DNA from: Bacteroidales bacterium
GTDB taxonomy: Bacteria; Bacteroidota; Bacteroidia; Bacteroidales; UBA4417
DNA: 64,000 nucleotides
NCBI GenBank assembly: GCA_963677975.1
Contig: OY782677.1
Location: forward strand, 2,524,229-2,588,228
Direction of reading: 5' to 3'
Part shown: positions 46,787 to 57,060 of the stretch, one piece after another
Numbering within the stretch: the first letter of the stretch is position 1
Layout of the letters: each line of letters begins with the position of its first letter
Translations under genes and position numbers: made by a program
The notes under the pieces: model-generated
Told to the model about the DNA's origin: nothing
What the model saw: only the letters and a program-made list of their open reading frames with translations
Database searches by the model: none

Positions 46787-47038
46787 TTAGAGTGCGTTCA
46801 CTTTTTTAGTGAGCTTCGACTTGAGGTTCGCTGCCTTGTTTTTGTGAATGATACTCTTTTTAGCAAGTTTATCAATCAGAGAAACAAGTGAAGGCAGTTT
46901 TTCTGAAGCCGTTTTTTTGTCTTCTAATTCACGAAAGCCTTTAATAGCATTACGCATTGTCCTTGCATAATAGCGGTTACGAAGCCTTTTTTTGTCGTTT
47001 GCCCTGATCCTTTTTAAGGATGACTTGTGATTTGCCAT
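46787..47038 (-). CDS. rpsT: 30S ribosomal protein S20
   Basis: MANHKSSLKRIRANDKKRLRNRYY. Confidence 0.95.
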   Translation of the reverse strand: MANHKSSLKRIRANDKKRLRNRYYARTMRNAIKGFRELEDKKTASEKLPSLVSLIDKLAKKSIIHKNKAANLKSKLTKKVNAL

Positions 47039-47062
47039 TGTTAAACTTTAAAATGTTGTTAG

Positions 47063-47134
47063 TAGTCCGTAGGGGAATCGAACCCCTGTTACCAGGATGA
47101 AAACCTGACGTCCTAACCCCTAGACGAACGGACC
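47063..47134 (-). tRNA. tRNA-Glu (anticodon UUC), no encoded CCA
   Basis: Hand-folded 72-nt cloverleaf. Acceptor GGTCCGT/ACGGACT, D arm GTCT/GGAC, anticodon arm TCAGG-TTTTCAT-CCTGG, T arm AGGGG-TTCGATT-CCCCT. Confidence 0.9.
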
Positions 47135-47153
47135 ATTCTGATTTTTGAGGCTG

Positions 47154-47161
47154 CAAAGGTA
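47154..47161 (-). promoter_or_regulatory. Candidate -7 promoter box (TACCTTTG on the minus strand) for tRNA-Glu / rpsT
   Basis: The plus strand reads caaaggta. It lies 20 nt upstream of the tRNA 5' end. Confidence 0.55.
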
Positions 47162-47694
47162 ATACTTTTTTTTATTCGGGCAATAGGAGCTATAAAAAAT
47201 CTTTAAATTTTTTGAAAACCCCGGTAATGGACCGCAATGTACTGATTATAAACGACTATTGAACTAAACCAGGTAAAGTCAAATTTTTATGTGGCATTTG
47301 AAATCATTCCGTTATAGAATAAAAGGGTTCAAATTACCTATTATTTAAAAAGGAAACACTTTCCCGGGTTATATTGATGAAAATTCAGAGCAGGGAAATT
47401 GCCGGATTTTGCCACCGTATCATCGTTGTAATTTTCCCTTTTTTAGAATTATTTATTTCAAATCAGCCTTTTTTTTAGGTTACAAGACTGATGACTTATA
47501 TTTCCAGCCCAAAATTGTTAATACTGTGTGAATAAAAAAATCAGGTTTCTGATATATGTAAACACCTGACTTTGTTGATGATTGGTAATTTGTAATATGT
47601 TGAAATTCACTTTTATTTGGAATTATCGAAAAATGTATATATTTTGGCTGACTCAAACTGAAAAAAAGTCAAATTATTAACCAAAACCAACAAA

Positions 47695-49332
47695 ATGAAA
47701 AAATCATTACTCCTTGTTTTTGCTGCAGCACTCCTGAGCACGAGCCTGATGGCAGGCGGTATTATGACCAATACCAACCAAAGTGCAGCATACGCGCGTA
47801 TGCTCGCCCGGAACGCCTGCCTGGGAATTGATGCTGTTTATTACAATCCGGCTGGCTTAACAAAGCTGCAAAATGGATTTCACCTTTCGCTGAACAATCA
47901 ATCTATTTTCCAAACCAAGGATGTGACCAACAATTATCCTTACTTGCATGATACTCCTAATGCTCTTTACAGGGGCGATGTATCAGCTCCTGTATTTCCT
48001 GGTGTATATGCAGTTTACAAAATGGATAAAATTGCTTTCTCATTTGGGTTTAATCCAGTCGGCGGCGGCGGTGGAGCCACCTATGATAAAGGATTACCAT
48101 CATTCGAAATGCCTATTTCCGATCTTGTACCTTCACTGAAACCTACATTTGGTGTGACGGATTATAAAGCCGATATCAATTTTGAAGGAACATCGGTTTA
48201 TTTCGGATACCAGTTCGGTATTTCGTACGAAGTATGTAACTCATTTTCGGTTTTCGCTGGTTTACGTGCAGTCTCAGCTAAAAATACTTACGTAGGGGCG
48301 CTTAAAAACATTCAAATTAATCCGCTTATCACCGGAACTGTATACAACGGTACATTTGTTAAAGCAAAAGATTTCGGAACTGAACGTGCAGGATATTACA
48401 CTGCTGTTTCGAATCAGTACCTGGGTGCAGCCCAGGGTGCAGCCCAGCTGAATGCTCATGGCGCAGGTTCACTTACTTATGCACAGGCTTATTCGATGGG
48501 TCTTATTACTGCAACCCAGAAAGCTCAGTTCGAAGGTGCGCTTGTAGGTGCCGGACAATCAGCAAGTACTCCTATTGCCCAGTCGCAGGTTATATATGGA
48601 ACTGTAGCAAACCAGACAGCTGCCGCTGCATTCCAGATGAATGGCCTTGCTGCCAAAACAGGCGATGCTGAAGTTGATGCTACTCAGACCGGTACAGGTT
48701 ATACCCCGATTTTCGGCGCTAACATGACCTTTGCTGAAAAACTTACTGTAGCCATCAAATACGAGATGATTACAAAACTTACTCTTACAAACGAAACTGC
48801 CATTGACGGTACAGGTATGTTCCCTAATGGTGCCACAACACGTGCCGATATGCCAGCCATGTTATCAGTAGGACTTTCCTACCCTGTAACAAAGAAGTTT
48901 GTTGCTTCACTGGGTATGAATTATTACTGGGACAAGAAAGCTGATTACGGCAAAAAGAGTGCCGCCGGCCTGCCGATTGCCAACGACGCTGTTATCGACA
49001 AAAACTTTTTCGAGTATGCCGTTGGTCTGGAATATAACATAACAGATAATTTCCTTGTAAGTGCCGGATACCAGGGGACTATGACCGGTGTATCGGAAGC
49101 TTATCAGTCGGATTTGAGCTACAGCCTCTCGACAAGTTCTGTAGGCGCAGGTTTCCAGATTGGGTTTGGCGACAGGTTCGATCTTAACCTTGGTGGTATG
49201 TATACAAAATACCAGGATGGTGAGAAAAACTATACCCACCTGCTTGGTACTACAAGCGTTCCGGTAAACGAAAAGTATGCAAAAACAACCTGGCTCGTTG
49301 CAGTCGGACTTGATGTAAGGATCGGAAAATAA
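47695..49332 (+). CDS. Outer-membrane transport protein, OMPP1/FadL/TodX-like (enlarged, 545 aa)
   Basis: Signal peptide. N-terminal hatch-like motif (NQSAAYARMLARNA..GIDAVYYNPAGL). Beta-strand pattern to the end (..VAVGLDVRIGK). Confidence 0.65.
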   Translation: MKKSLLLVFAAALLSTSLMAGGIMTNTNQSAAYARMLARNACLGIDAVYYNPAGLTKLQNGFHLSLNNQSIFQTKDVTNNYPYLHDTPNALYRGDVSAPVFPGVYAVYKMDKIAFSFGFNPVGGGGGATYDKGLPSFEMPISDLVPSLKPTFGVTDYKADINFEGTSVYFGYQFGISYEVCNSFSVFAGLRAVSAKNTYVGALKNIQINPLITGTVYNGTFVKAKDFGTERAGYYTAVSNQYLGAAQGAAQLNAHGAGSLTYAQAYSMGLITATQKAQFEGALVGAGQSASTPIAQSQVIYGTVANQTAAAAFQMNGLAAKTGDAEVDATQTGTGYTPIFGANMTFAEKLTVAIKYEMITKLTLTNETAIDGTGMFPNGATTRADMPAMLSVGLSYPVTKKFVASLGMNYYWDKKADYGKKSAAGLPIANDAVIDKNFFEYAVGLEYNITDNFLVSAGYQGTMTGVSEAYQSDLSYSLSTSSVGAGFQIGFGDRFDLNLGGMYTKYQDGEKNYTHLLGTTSVPVNEKYAKTTWLVAVGLDVRIGK

Positions 49333-49351
49333 TCACTAAAATAGTTTCAAT

Positions 49352-49383
49352 AAAAAAAGCTCTCAGAAATGAGGGCTTTTTTT
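49352..49383. terminator. Bidirectional rho-independent terminator between convergent genes
   Basis: Sequence: A7-GCTCTCA-GAAA-TGAGGGC-T7. Confidence 0.8.
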
Positions 49384-49419
49384 GTGTTCGGGTTAAGGTT
49401 AATTTCAGTAGACCCGGTT

Positions 49420-52400
49420 TTACTTAAATGACGACCTTAATGATTTCATAGCTACTCCGAGCTGTTCGGCAACTTCTGCTATCCCTTTTCCTCCTGTGAG
49501 TTCCATTATTTTACGGTCTGCTTCGAGTGGACCGATTTTATTCTGTGCAAAATCATTCATTGTATTCCGCAGTTCAGTCAGGTGTTGTGTTGCTTCGGGA
49601 TTGGATTTGGCTTTCAGGCGGAGCATGGGTTGTATCTTGGTATCGAAATCCTTCGTAAGTCCGCGCATTTGCTCCTGAAGTTGACCGTAATAACCAAGTT
49701 CGGGATGGTCGACAGGAATCTTGTTCACTTTAAATGCTGAAACATCAGCTGCCTGTTGCACCCAGGCCTTGTCTGTTTCAAATACCATAGCTGATTTTGT
49801 ACCTTTCCTTCCTAACCATGCCAGGTCGCGGTATGCTTCGGGGTGATATGAGGTTGTAAACTGAACCATCGCTTCGCCTGCTGGTCTTCCGTAGGTCTTT
49901 TCGAATGCTTTTTCGAGAGCTGATTGCCCGGCTGCACGAAGATCTTCGGGTGAACGCCGTATAGGTATACCTTCAACGGTTTGCGTAATATTCTGCCTCC
50001 AGGTTATATGCTCGGGATTCGGGATTTTTTTTCCACCGGCATCAATAATATACCTTGGCGGTTCAACGACACCGAAATCAAGGTCCATGCCGGCTTTGCC
50101 CTTTGATGAAGAATTTGAATAGGATTGATACTGCTGCTTGTTGTAACCTGCTGCTGCCATCTCACCGTCGACGGCGGCGGTAAGCTGCGACAAATATTTC
50201 CGTTCACATGAATTATAATAAGCTGTTGTTTTCGAATCGCCCTGCCTTGCAAGTGCGTTAACATGCATCTTCGCAAAATAGTCGGTCTTTACAACGGTAT
50301 AGGCATTCTCCATGTCGGACCTAAGTTGAAGGATTTCTTCTTTCGGGGAACCAGCTTTTCCGGCTTCGGCCAGTTTCCGGGCCCTTTCCTGAAAAAGAGA
50401 TACTTTTGCACGCCCGTCAGCCTGGCGCGAAACAAAGTTAGCTTCGTTAAGCTGTTGCCTGATGGTTGGCCATTGCTGCTGCGAAGTACCTGCAGGCATT
50501 CCTTTTGCATTTGCCACATCCCCCCATTGCGCAGGCCCTGAGTTTGGTTTGGCCGGCATAATTGCACCTAACGCAGTTTTGAATACGACAGTCCTTAAGG
50601 CTTCCTTTCCGATTTCCCACCCCATATTCCATAACCCGGCTGAAGTTTCATCAGTTTTGGCTTTTGACGGATCTTTCGCATTTTCCTCCAGCTGGTTAAG
50701 CACACCCTGGTGGTAGCCATTGATGGCGGCATTTGCCATCATGGTAGCAGCGTTGTACGTGCTGGCAGCCCTGACAAATCCTTCTTTTAAACCTCCTTCA
50801 CATGTACCGGTTATTCCCTGGTATGCAGTAAAAAGCCTTGCTGCCCTGGTAATCCGCATTCCCATGGCAATGGCATTGGGTGCCGTGTAGGCATAACAAA
50901 CAGGGGCTACAGTTGATAAGATCAATAATGAAACATCAGCGCCCGTTTTAACGTACTCCAGGGCAGTTAGCTTTGCTTCGGCAAGGTCAGCATCCTCCCG
51001 GGTTTGTTTAGCCTTGAGGGCGAGCTGATCGTCAACCTGGCCTCTGATCGCTTTTTCAACCTGTATCACACGCTCAGGATCGAGTTTGTTCGTGCCCGGT
51101 TCGTAGCAATTTTTCTGAACAAAATCAGTCAGCCTGGCGCGATCAGACGGATCAGCCATTAATATCAGCTGCGGTAGCCTTTCCCAGGTTCGTTTCTCCT
51201 GGTGAGCTTTTTCGGCCATTTTCATGCCCGATGCCATCATCATCTGCATATTCTTAGCATCGAGATCAGTACGTGTGTGTATATACTGCCCGGTTTTGGC
51301 GCTCATTATAGCATCTTCCTCCTTTTGCCTTGAATCAAGCTGGTAAAGCATATCCCGTTCCATTCGGTCACGGGTATCCTTATCGAGCGAATTACCCCCT
51401 TCGCTTAACCTTGCTTTAAGCGATTCAATATTCTTATTGAAATACTTTACATTATTCTCATGAAACTTTATTTCCTGCTCTTGCTGCTTCTTAATGGCTT
51501 CGGCAGTTTCCCATTCCTTCAGCGATTTCAGGTAATCAATCAGTTCAATTGTAACCTCAGGTTTCGGTGCATCAGCGGGGTCAACCGGCTCGAAAAGATC
51601 AGCATACTTAGCATTCAGTTCCTGCATTTTTAACCCATAAAAGGAATCAATCTCCTTTTGCTTTTCGTTTCCCCTTTTTGCTAGTAACTCCTTTTCAAGC
51701 TGCGGGCGTTCGGAAGCTGGTACACCATCCATGCCCCAGTTAATCCGGGCCATATACAATATTGTGGTTGTATCGAGTACAACTCCTCTTTCTTTCAGGG
51801 CCTTATCCTCGGCTTCAATTTGTGCTTTTTCTTTCAGGTAAAATCTCATCCGTTCCTGTTGCGGAGTTGGCCCTTCCTGGATCGCCATCGGCAAATCTTC
51901 GGGGTACTCGGTTGTCCATCGCTGGTATTGGTCGTACTTGTTTTTGTCCCACTTGCGTTCGGGTACTATGGTTTGCAGTTGCGCCCATTTGGCCGGTTTA
52001 CTGTCTATGGGCAATACAGGTGGCACTTCGTATGTTTCCTTTGTTTTTGTGAGTGAATACTTCGAAACATGCGATTCATCCGATAATTCGTTGGGTGGGG
52101 TATATTGCAGTATATCTATCTCATTATTTTCGACAGGGGAATATATGCTTACAATACGCACGAAACTCCAGTCGAGTTCGGCCCAGGAGCCGTCGTCGAG
52201 TGGTTCAAAGACCTTGAGCAGGTCATAAATTCCCGGTATCATTGTCATCCCTTTCCTGTTTTCGTCGTAGCTGATACCCGGCTGGGTGATGTCAATACCT
52301 TTTTCCTCCCATTCCTGTAAAGTTGTGACCGGGAAACAGTAAACAAGTACTTTCCCGTCGTCGTATGTTTTCAAAACTCTCATCAGGATATGATCCCCTG

Positions 52401-54153
52401 CTTCGGTTTCCCATTCGCCTTCAAAAGGGAAGTTGTCAGCAGAAATCATGCTCAGCGCTTTGTGGTGAAGTTTCTGCCTTTTTTCAGCCAGGGCATCCGG
52501 ATCCGGAGGATTGCCGAGCGAACTTATTGCATCAACTATCTCCTGCATCTGCAGCTGAAGGGTATTCAGATTAGCAACCGTAATCTCAATTTCCTGCATG
52601 GTTGCGGCAACCTGGTCCAGATCATCTTCGGCCATTGATGCAGTTACCTCCATGGAAGCTGCATTATAGGCTTCCATTTCGGAAGCCATAACTTCGCGGA
52701 TTGCCAGGAATTTTGAAATCAATGGATTAACATTATTCAAATATTCAACCACTTCTTTGCAAGGATATTTGAACAAAGGAAGCCATGTTTTTTCGAATCT
52801 GACTTCCTCGCTGTCGGCCATTTCACCATATACAAGCCTCATCCCTTCCATAGCCATGGACACTGCACCTGTATATTGGGCGCTCGTCATATTAGCAAAA
52901 TCAATATCCGATTCAAAATTGATTTTCCCGATTGCCAGCGAAGGAGGTGGAATATTCGCGATTTTACTTTCGGCAGCCTCCTGGTTTGGTACTTGTTTCT
53001 CTTTTTCTGATGGTGATGCAGGGTTACCGGCAGCAATAGCATTATTCTTGTTGTCGGGGCTTTCAGCCGGATTTATATGACCTGACTGGTTTTGCTTCCC
53101 GTTTTCATTTCCTGCTACCTGTGGATTTCCTTCATTTACCTGTGCAGCAGTTCCCGGCTTTTCTGCTGTTTTGGTTCCATTCCAGCTTTTGGAAGGTTCT
53201 TCATCGTTGTAACCGAATTTGCCTGTAAATGTGCTGAAACCATTGTCGAACTCAAACCGGAACCGGCCTTTCCCGTTAGTCTGGTACCACATCCCTGCTA
53301 GCGTGTGTCCTTCGAGCGTACCTTCGAGACTTCCCCCCGAAAATTTGTAGGTTCCTTTTACCTGGTTTCCTGATTGCACCAACATCATTTCGGCCCAGTC
53401 GGTCCGATATATCCCTGCTATTGATTCCGTGCCACCCGTGGTGACTGCCGTGGCCGGGTCCGGAGTTTTGTTCCCTGGATTACTCTGCGGATTCGTAACA
53501 GCCTGGCTTTCGACAATGGCAGGTTGCATTCCTGTCGCAACCGGAGAACTCACCTGACCATTAGCCTGAAGAGCGTTGAAAAATGCTAAAGCTTCGGGAC
53601 GTAAACTGATTTGATTGAGTTTGGTAATACCTATCAGTTTCCCATTGTTGGGTGGAGCCTGTGGTTCGCTTCCTGCGTTTGTTTTATCCGTAATGTAAAT
53701 ATGCACCATCTGCCCGTTTACGAGCGGGCTGAATATGGAAGTCCTTTCGCCTGTATTTTTCGCTGCATACGACATCATATGGCAATTGGGATCACCCAAA
53801 ACGCTGTATTCGCTTTCCTGGCTGTATTTGTCGATTTGTTCGTCAGTGCCGTACATTTTAGAGAACATGGCACGCATAGCCTTGTTCAGGTCTCTTTTTG
53901 AGGCACAGGGAAAAGTTTGTTTTTCCAACCGAACAACATAACCCGGCGAACCACCACTACCATTGTAATTAAACGTGTAGAACCTATCGCCTGAATTTTG
54001 GGCATCGTAAACCCAACCCGGTGGGATATTTAGCCGGTAAAATCCGAATTGCTGAACTTGTGACTGTGCCGGCTGGTTAATAAAATATAACAGAAAAAAT
54101 AATACTACAGGCAATTGCCGGGAAATACCGGACGGAGCATCCTGGGTTTTCAT
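49420..54153 (-). CDS. Giant (1577 aa) secreted protein of unknown function
   Basis: Uninterrupted ORF with an ATG start and a signal-peptide-like N-terminus (LPVVLFFLLYFINQPAQSQ). It has low-complexity linkers, a long charged helical region and a hydrophobic Gly/Ala-rich segment. I recognise no catalytic motif. Confidence 0.85.
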   Translation of the reverse strand: MKTQDAPSGISRQLPVVLFFLLYFINQPAQSQVQQFGFYRLNIPPGWVYDAQNSGDRFYTFNYNGSGGSPGYVVRLEKQTFPCASKRDLNKAMRAMFSKMYGTDEQIDKYSQESEYSVLGDPNCHMMSYAAKNTGERTSIFSPLVNGQMVHIYITDKTNAGSEPQAPPNNGKLIGITKLNQISLRPEALAFFNALQANGQVSSPVATGMQPAIVESQAVTNPQSNPGNKTPDPATAVTTGGTESIAGIYRTDWAEMMLVQSGNQVKGTYKFSGGSLEGTLEGHTLAGMWYQTNGKGRFRFEFDNGFSTFTGKFGYNDEEPSKSWNGTKTAEKPGTAAQVNEGNPQVAGNENGKQNQSGHINPAESPDNKNNAIAAGNPASPSEKEKQVPNQEAAESKIANIPPPSLAIGKINFESDIDFANMTSAQYTGAVSMAMEGMRLVYGEMADSEEVRFEKTWLPLFKYPCKEVVEYLNNVNPLISKFLAIREVMASEMEAYNAASMEVTASMAEDDLDQVAATMQEIEITVANLNTLQLQMQEIVDAISSLGNPPDPDALAEKRQKLHHKALSMISADNFPFEGEWETEAGDHILMRVLKTYDDGKVLVYCFPVTTLQEWEEKGIDITQPGISYDENRKGMTMIPGIYDLLKVFEPLDDGSWAELDWSFVRIVSIYSPVENNEIDILQYTPPNELSDESHVSKYSLTKTKETYEVPPVLPIDSKPAKWAQLQTIVPERKWDKNKYDQYQRWTTEYPEDLPMAIQEGPTPQQERMRFYLKEKAQIEAEDKALKERGVVLDTTTILYMARINWGMDGVPASERPQLEKELLAKRGNEKQKEIDSFYGLKMQELNAKYADLFEPVDPADAPKPEVTIELIDYLKSLKEWETAEAIKKQQEQEIKFHENNVKYFNKNIESLKARLSEGGNSLDKDTRDRMERDMLYQLDSRQKEEDAIMSAKTGQYIHTRTDLDAKNMQMMMASGMKMAEKAHQEKRTWERLPQLILMADPSDRARLTDFVQKNCYEPGTNKLDPERVIQVEKAIRGQVDDQLALKAKQTREDADLAEAKLTALEYVKTGADVSLLILSTVAPVCYAYTAPNAIAMGMRITRAARLFTAYQGITGTCEGGLKEGFVRAASTYNAATMMANAAINGYHQGVLNQLEENAKDPSKAKTDETSAGLWNMGWEIGKEALRTVVFKTALGAIMPAKPNSGPAQWGDVANAKGMPAGTSQQQWPTIRQQLNEANFVSRQADGRAKVSLFQERARKLAEAGKAGSPKEEILQLRSDMENAYTVVKTDYFAKMHVNALARQGDSKTTAYYNSCERKYLSQLTAAVDGEMAAAGYNKQQYQSYSNSSSKGKAGMDLDFGVVEPPRYIIDAGGKKIPNPEHITWRQNITQTVEGIPIRRSPEDLRAAGQSALEKAFEKTYGRPAGEAMVQFTTSYHPEAYRDLAWLGRKGTKSAMVFETDKAWVQQAADVSAFKVNKIPVDHPELGYYGQLQEQMRGLTKDFDTKIQPMLRLKAKSNPEATQHLTELRNTMNDFAQNKIGPLEADRKIMELTGGKGIAEVAEQLGVAMKSLRSSFK

Positions 54154-54474
54154 GATATTGAGGTTTAATTGCCATTAAAGGTACTCAAGAAAAAATGAAA
54201 TCCGACCGGTTTATAACAATCAATTTACCCACTGGTAAACCTGCAATTTCAAGAGCAATAAGATATTTGTTTAGCATTCCCAGCCTGGCGGCCAGATCCA
54301 GCCAAAGTTGGTATTCATCCTGTTTTAAGTTCATCCATTTCAGGGCCAACCGGAAGATCAGGTTCAAGAAAAAGATTTCAAACAAACAGGCATGAACCGG
54401 GTAAAAATGCAGATGGCCAACCCAACTGCCACAATTCCCTGTGTATAATTTCTGCCTCCGGGTTTCTTATCTAT

Positions 54475-54498
54475 GCCTGCCCGAAGCCTGCGGCAGGC
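54475..54498 (-). terminator. GC-rich hairpin (GCCTGCC-N10-GGCAGGC) 12 nt after the stop of the 54510.. gene
   Basis: Read directly from the sequence. There is no clear U-tract. Confidence 0.3.
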
Positions 54499-54509
54499 TC
54501 GAACTCTTT

Positions 54510-56861
54510 TTATAGACTGATGGACTCCAGGCTGCCCTTTAACTTAACCACGCCCTCGATAACAGGCTCGTCACCTTCCATTTTTGCTGCCTGGATTTTT
54601 ATCGAATGCGGACCTTTTTTCAAATCTGGCAAGCTGTTGGCTACAGCAATTGATTTGATGAGTTTTCCTTTTTTGTTATAATGATTTACTCGTTGCGAGC
54701 CGTCCCAAACCAGTGATTCTCCTTTTTTTATTGTCGCGGGGATATAGATTTTAAAGTAGTTATCCACGTCTATTTCAATATTCTCAACCTCTGAACCTTC
54801 GCCTGTTACCTGCAGATGCAGGTGAACGGGCTGTGCCTCCGATGTATTCTCAAACTCCCATTTGCTGAAAACTGGTTCGCCGGGCTGCTTAGACTGTTTC
54901 GCATGCTCAAGGCGGTATTTATCAAAATTCTGAAGGGTCCATTCCCTGTCTGCGACTTTCTCGAGATGGAAATCATTCTTCGGGTCTTTCAGCTTCACTA
55001 CCTGGGCTTCCGAAAATATCCCCAGCTTTTTGGCCTCTTCCCAGCGCACGATGGTTTCAATGATCCGGTCGATATCAGGGTTGGTTTTAAAGGCATCGTG
55101 GCTCATTACCAGTGCATACCCTGCATTATATCCTGCAGCCACCGACATCATCCACTCTATGTCTTCAACCGTAGTGTTAGGGGTAACCAGGAACCACCCG
55201 AGCATATGCGGCATATAATTGCGGTCGAAGAAAGGCTGAAGGCTGAATCGGTGTTCCGACTGGCTTTCACGAAAACTGGCGTACCAGGGTTCACCCCAGT
55301 TGATATAGCTGTTGTTGTGCCAGTAAAAATGGTTGATAATGCTTGAACCGTTGATTACAGTGTGGTTTACCTTCTTCAGGAATTCGTAAGCATAATAATT
55401 TGTCCCGTAATCGCCGTAACCCGTGTAAAGCGCACCTTCATGCCCGTCGAAATCAAGTTGCGAGACTCCTGTTTCATTAAAGAAGTCCACCAGGTTTTGT
55501 ATCATCTGATCCTGCATTTTCCAACCCGGGAAAAAAGTATTGTACCCGTGATCCATCAGTTTCAGGGCTTCTTCCCCTTTTGCATGAGGAACAGCCTTCG
55601 TGCCATAGGCCCCCCTTATGCAATTTTGCAAAGTATAGGGTTTCTCCCTTGTAACATCCTGGTACCTGATGATTTCGTTGCCGATCAGTACAGCGTTCAG
55701 GTTCGATTTTGGCGCAAAAAAAAGGGTGTCATCTACAACTAAGGTGGTAGTCGAACTATCAGCCATTTCGCTTAACAGCGAAGTACCTGCCGCCATCAGC
55801 CCAATATTTTCATTCGTGGTAACAAACGGGTCGTTGGTAGTAATAAAATTGGTAAGCGTGTGCACACCGACCCTGATATTTTTTGCGGCCGCTTTGTCGA
55901 CACAGGCTTTCATCCCGGCCCTGCCATGGGGGAATTCATCTTTTAGCAGGCTGAAATGTCCCCAGGTTTCGAAAGGCCCTTCGTGGTAAATGCAATAAAA
56001 TCCAAGCCGTTCGGTGAGATTTAGCATTTCGTCAAAGTTCTCCTCTGTAAATTCGGTAATCAGGTAGGGCCGGCCCCGTTCGGGAGAGGTTCTTATCCAC
56101 TGGCCATCAATCTCAGGATAGGGGAGGCTTTCGGTTCTGCTGATGCTGCCTATGTGTTGCAACACACTGCCGGGTGAGGTTCCGAACAGGGCAATTGCCG
56201 TGCCCTCAAGAGTATATCCTTCCAAACCTGGAATGGGACAATTCATAAAACCCGGAACATCGAGTTGACGGCTCAGTGCATGGTTCATGCAAAATGCCTG
56301 CAATGCCGACCCAAACTCTTCTTTTGTTGCGGTGGAGCCGTTTATTCCTGCAAAACCTGCTGTTGCCCCTGCGTCGTTCGTCAATTTGCCGCCAATGGTT
56401 TTGGGATTCAGCGCCTGTATGCCAATGGCAAAATCCTTATCCCTCACAACCCCGACTACTTCACCAATCGTTTCATAAATGGTGGTGTTAAATGGCCCCC
56501 ATAATATGCAGGCAATTTTTGCCGGGTTCGTTACCCTTATAACCTCAAAACGGATGTGATCAGCGCTTTCTGTTGCTTTAATCCTGAGTTCGGTTGTACC
56601 AACGAATGTAAAAGTAAGAACGTCCTTACTTAATTTAAAACCTATGGGAAGCAGTATTTCATTATCCGTATTTTTCACCCTTACCAGGTAACCCGGCTTG
56701 CCTGCGGGTACATAATTTGTCCCGGTGCTGAGGTTAACCAGTTTAACAAGTTCAGATTTTTGGTTTATCCCAACAAGTAATCCAGAACTTTTAAATTCAA
56801 CCTGGGCACTGAGATTATGAAAAATTGCAAAAACCAATACCCATAAAGAAATCCTTTTCAT
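54510..56861 (-). CDS. Secreted 783-aa protein, unknown; possibly a TIM-barrel glycoside-hydrolase-like fold
   Basis: The ATG at 56861 gives a signal peptide (MKRISLWVLVFAIFHNLSAQ). The central block FYCIYHEGPFETWGHF...NIRVGVHTL suggests a glycosidase-like barrel. This is a weak call. Confidence 0.7.
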   Translation of the reverse strand: MKRISLWVLVFAIFHNLSAQVEFKSSGLLVGINQKSELVKLVNLSTGTNYVPAGKPGYLVRVKNTDNEILLPIGFKLSKDVLTFTFVGTTELRIKATESADHIRFEVIRVTNPAKIACILWGPFNTTIYETIGEVVGVVRDKDFAIGIQALNPKTIGGKLTNDAGATAGFAGINGSTATKEEFGSALQAFCMNHALSRQLDVPGFMNCPIPGLEGYTLEGTAIALFGTSPGSVLQHIGSISRTESLPYPEIDGQWIRTSPERGRPYLITEFTEENFDEMLNLTERLGFYCIYHEGPFETWGHFSLLKDEFPHGRAGMKACVDKAAAKNIRVGVHTLTNFITTNDPFVTTNENIGLMAAGTSLLSEMADSSTTTLVVDDTLFFAPKSNLNAVLIGNEIIRYQDVTREKPYTLQNCIRGAYGTKAVPHAKGEEALKLMDHGYNTFFPGWKMQDQMIQNLVDFFNETGVSQLDFDGHEGALYTGYGDYGTNYYAYEFLKKVNHTVINGSSIINHFYWHNNSYINWGEPWYASFRESQSEHRFSLQPFFDRNYMPHMLGWFLVTPNTTVEDIEWMMSVAAGYNAGYALVMSHDAFKTNPDIDRIIETIVRWEEAKKLGIFSEAQVVKLKDPKNDFHLEKVADREWTLQNFDKYRLEHAKQSKQPGEPVFSKWEFENTSEAQPVHLHLQVTGEGSEVENIEIDVDNYFKIYIPATIKKGESLVWDGSQRVNHYNKKGKLIKSIAVANSLPDLKKGPHSIKIQAAKMEGDEPVIEGVVKLKGSLESISL

Positions 56862-57060
56862 ACAGTAGGTTCTAAATTTCAAAAGTACGATAAATGAATT
56901 ATTTTTAGTGAAGGACTTATCACGGAAATTTTTGGATAATTGGTTAAAAGTATACGACGGATTTTGTAATTTTAATCCCCGGAGCCCTTTGATACCAGAA
57001 CTTATTATTTATCCTGACTACTATTAAATCCAGATATATTAATCCCAAAAAAGTATTACT

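Noticed and set aside
47063-47694. tRNA-Glu as an integration site for a genomic island. The tRNA is followed by a 560-bp A/T-rich gap, then the FadL-like OMP, the giant orphan protein and the HU-like gene.
   Set aside because: There is no integrase or recombinase gene. I did not notice a direct repeat of the tRNA 3' end anywhere downstream, though I did not search systematically. By eye there is no obvious compositional break.
54185-54385. A 66-aa minus-strand ORF and an overlapping 66-aa plus-strand ORF in the gap upstream of the giant gene.
   Set aside because: The two are mutually overlapping on opposite strands. One has a TTG start, neither has a recognisable motif, and the composition is unremarkable. 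There is not enough evidence to call a gene.
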